Shown: positions 62,402 through 64,000 of the stretch, piece after piece
Layout: the number at the start of each line of letters is the position of its first letter
Numbering within the stretch: the stretch's first letter is position 1
DNA from: an uncultured Nitrosopumilaceae archaeon
GTDB lineage: Archaea > Thermoproteota > Nitrososphaeria > Nitrososphaerales > Nitrosopumilaceae
NCBI GenBank assembly: GCA_942490965.1
Contig: CALNZF010000022.1
Coordinates: 929-64,928, forward strand
Direction: 5' to 3'
DNA length: 64,000 nucleotides
Program-made: the position numbers and the translations under genes
Notes under the pieces: generated by a model
The model's input: only the letters and a program-made list of their open reading frames with translations
Databases searched by the model: none
Told to the model about the DNA's origin: nothing

Positions 62402-62506
62402 TATCGGTATATATGCAGATTTTACTTCAGGAACTTCATACAGTGCGAGAACCTATATCAATGGTAGAGACCGGGTTGACTGGTCGGGCGATTTAAGAGG
62501 AGAAGT

Positions 62507-63806
62507 ATGCAATTTCGAGACCAAGAACTCATTAACTTCAGGGCGGCGTCACCTGAGCAAACCCTCGAATGTATTTCCGGGGCTTTAAAGCGTCTAGAAC
62601 TAGGAGAAGAACATTTACTTGAGAGTCCAACCTCTGACCGTTTGCACTCCGCACGATTGACTCTACCAGAGCTTCGTGCGGGTAGCAACGGCAAAGGCAC
62701 CACAAAACTTCAAGCCAAAGTATCAGCTTATGCAGAAATGGTGGAGAGATTGAGTGTGCTTTGAAACTGGTCTCGAAATTTCACCATATCGCGATGTAGA
62801 GATTAAAGATGCAAAGCTTGTAAAACAGCTAAAAACCTTTTCACATGTTAAAGGACACCGCTGGAGCCATCAGGATTGTATTAAGAACGCCCTGCCTATA
62901 GAACGAATGCTTCAGTCTGTGCCTTTCTCCAAAGAAAACTTCGAATACCTTAAGAATAACAGTAAGCTCTTGAGAGACTGGATTCCAGCTACTTCACTAA
63001 TGACCAATGAAGAAGTTTATATCCCGCCCGTATTTGTTCGTTGGTTATCCTCGACCAATGGTCTATCCGCTGGTAATACAATCGAAGAAGCCGTGATTCA
63101 CTCTTTCTGTGAAATAATAGAAAGATGGTCACTTCTTAATTTTCTACGATTGGAACGCAGTAGTTCCCCTAATGTTGATGTTAACACAATAGATGACGAC
63201 GACATTTATTCAATGTTGGCCTATTTCGAATCTAATGACGTTGAAGTCGTAATCAAGGATCTTACTCAAAATGGCATGTTTCCAGTTTATGCTGTAATAA
63301 CTACGAACAGAAGTTTATCTCCAAATTTTGTAGGTTACAACACTATCAAAGCTGGATGCCATTTTGACACAAAAGAGGCCCTGAAACGTGCTTTTACGGA
63401 ACGTATGCAGGGTACATCTTTTCAAGATGAACGCCATCTTGGTTTCGTCAATCCTAACGAAACAGACGTTTTGATGCCACTGTATTTAAAGGGTATATGT
63501 CCATTTAATTTAAATGAGTTCAAGGTTGGTGAACTTACACCTTTCGAACATACCACCTATTCAACTACCGGAGAAGCCTTCGAACAACTGAAGACAATAA
63601 CTTCTTCGCTGAATACCGATATGGTGGTCGTAAACCATACTCACCCCCAAATAAAATTTCCGGTAGTGAGAGTTATTCTGCCGGCGTTTTCCGATTTTGT
63701 TGGTTGGTGGGAGCCTTCCAGAGTTAATTTGAATTTTATCGGGAATATAGTACCGAGAGAGGAAGAATACGAAAAGAAGTTGTTCTCCTTTCTCAAAACC
63801 TTCTAG
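62507..63806 (+). CDS. YcaO-family protein (frameshift near 62757)
   Basis: NGKGTT...AKVSAYAEMVER; STNGLSAGNTIEEA..HSFCEIIER; RAFTERMQG; FPVVRVILP. Confidence 0.88.
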
Positions 63807-63815
63807 GAGGCTACA

Positions 63816-64000
63816 ATGCCTAAACGCTTAAAAGGTAACATTCTTGATGCAGAAAATGGTATAATCTGTCATCAAGTAAACTGTCAGATGGTTATGGGTG
63901 CTGGCCTCGCTAAACAAATACGTGCCAAATGGCCCCGTGTTTACAGTGAGTATCGTGAGCTTTCCAAATGGCCAGCAAGACAGTTGTTGGGAAGATGCCA
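63816..64000 (+). CDS. Macrodomain (ADP-ribose-processing) protein, truncated by window end
   Basis: KGNILDA..GIICHQVNC..VMGAGLAKQIR; AGGAGG SD. Confidence 0.88.
   Translation, partial: MPKRLKGNILDAENGIICHQVNCQMVMGAGLAKQIRAKWPRVYSEYRELSKWPARQLLGRC

Larger units (their letters stand above)
60165..64000. other. Third segment of intermediate GC, probably from a large bacteriophage
   Basis: Tightly packed same-strand ORFs with Shine-Dalgarno sites; short deformylase, macrodomain, several unknown ORFs; no structural genes seen. Confidence 0.55.

Noticed and set aside
60180-63806. Stop-codon reassignment in the phage-like segment
   Set aside because: The split halves of def and ycaO are in different frames, so these are indels and not read-through stops.

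Overview
The window joins three unrelated sources. (1) About 1-55765 is AT-rich DNA from a Nitrosopumilus-like ammonia-oxidising archaeon. Core genes include sdhABCD, alba, hel308-mcm-gins, rfcS, two ferredoxins, aIF6, hisS, aIF5B, ndk, rpl24e/rps28e/rpl7ae, rpl37e, rpiA and three tRNAs. An accessory region spans about 20.8-47.4 kb. (2) About 55765-60165 is a GC-rich gammaproteobacterial-type fragment (cysB, FHA protein, aminopeptidase, sulfurtransferase) with many frameshifts. (3) About 60165-64000 is an intermediate-GC, phage-like fragment (short peptide deformylase, YcaO, macrodomain), also frameshifted. Both junctions cut genes, so they are probably assembly or concatenation artefacts. The most striking unexplained structure is a ~4 kb same-strand array (24.65-28.6 kb) of tiny genes, many missed by the ORF track. 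They are separated by copies of a ~32 bp element (consensus TAGATTCTAAACTCCAATAAGCTTAAGTTCAT) that often supplies the upstream gene's stop codon and a TATA-positioned CTTAAG for the next gene. Also notable: a ~100 nt candidate structured RNA (38455-38556), a GATC cluster between the replication genes, a repeat module shared and apparently shuffled between two surface proteins, and a stand-alone YcaO in the phage-like segment. All calls come from reading motifs by eye; no searches were run.
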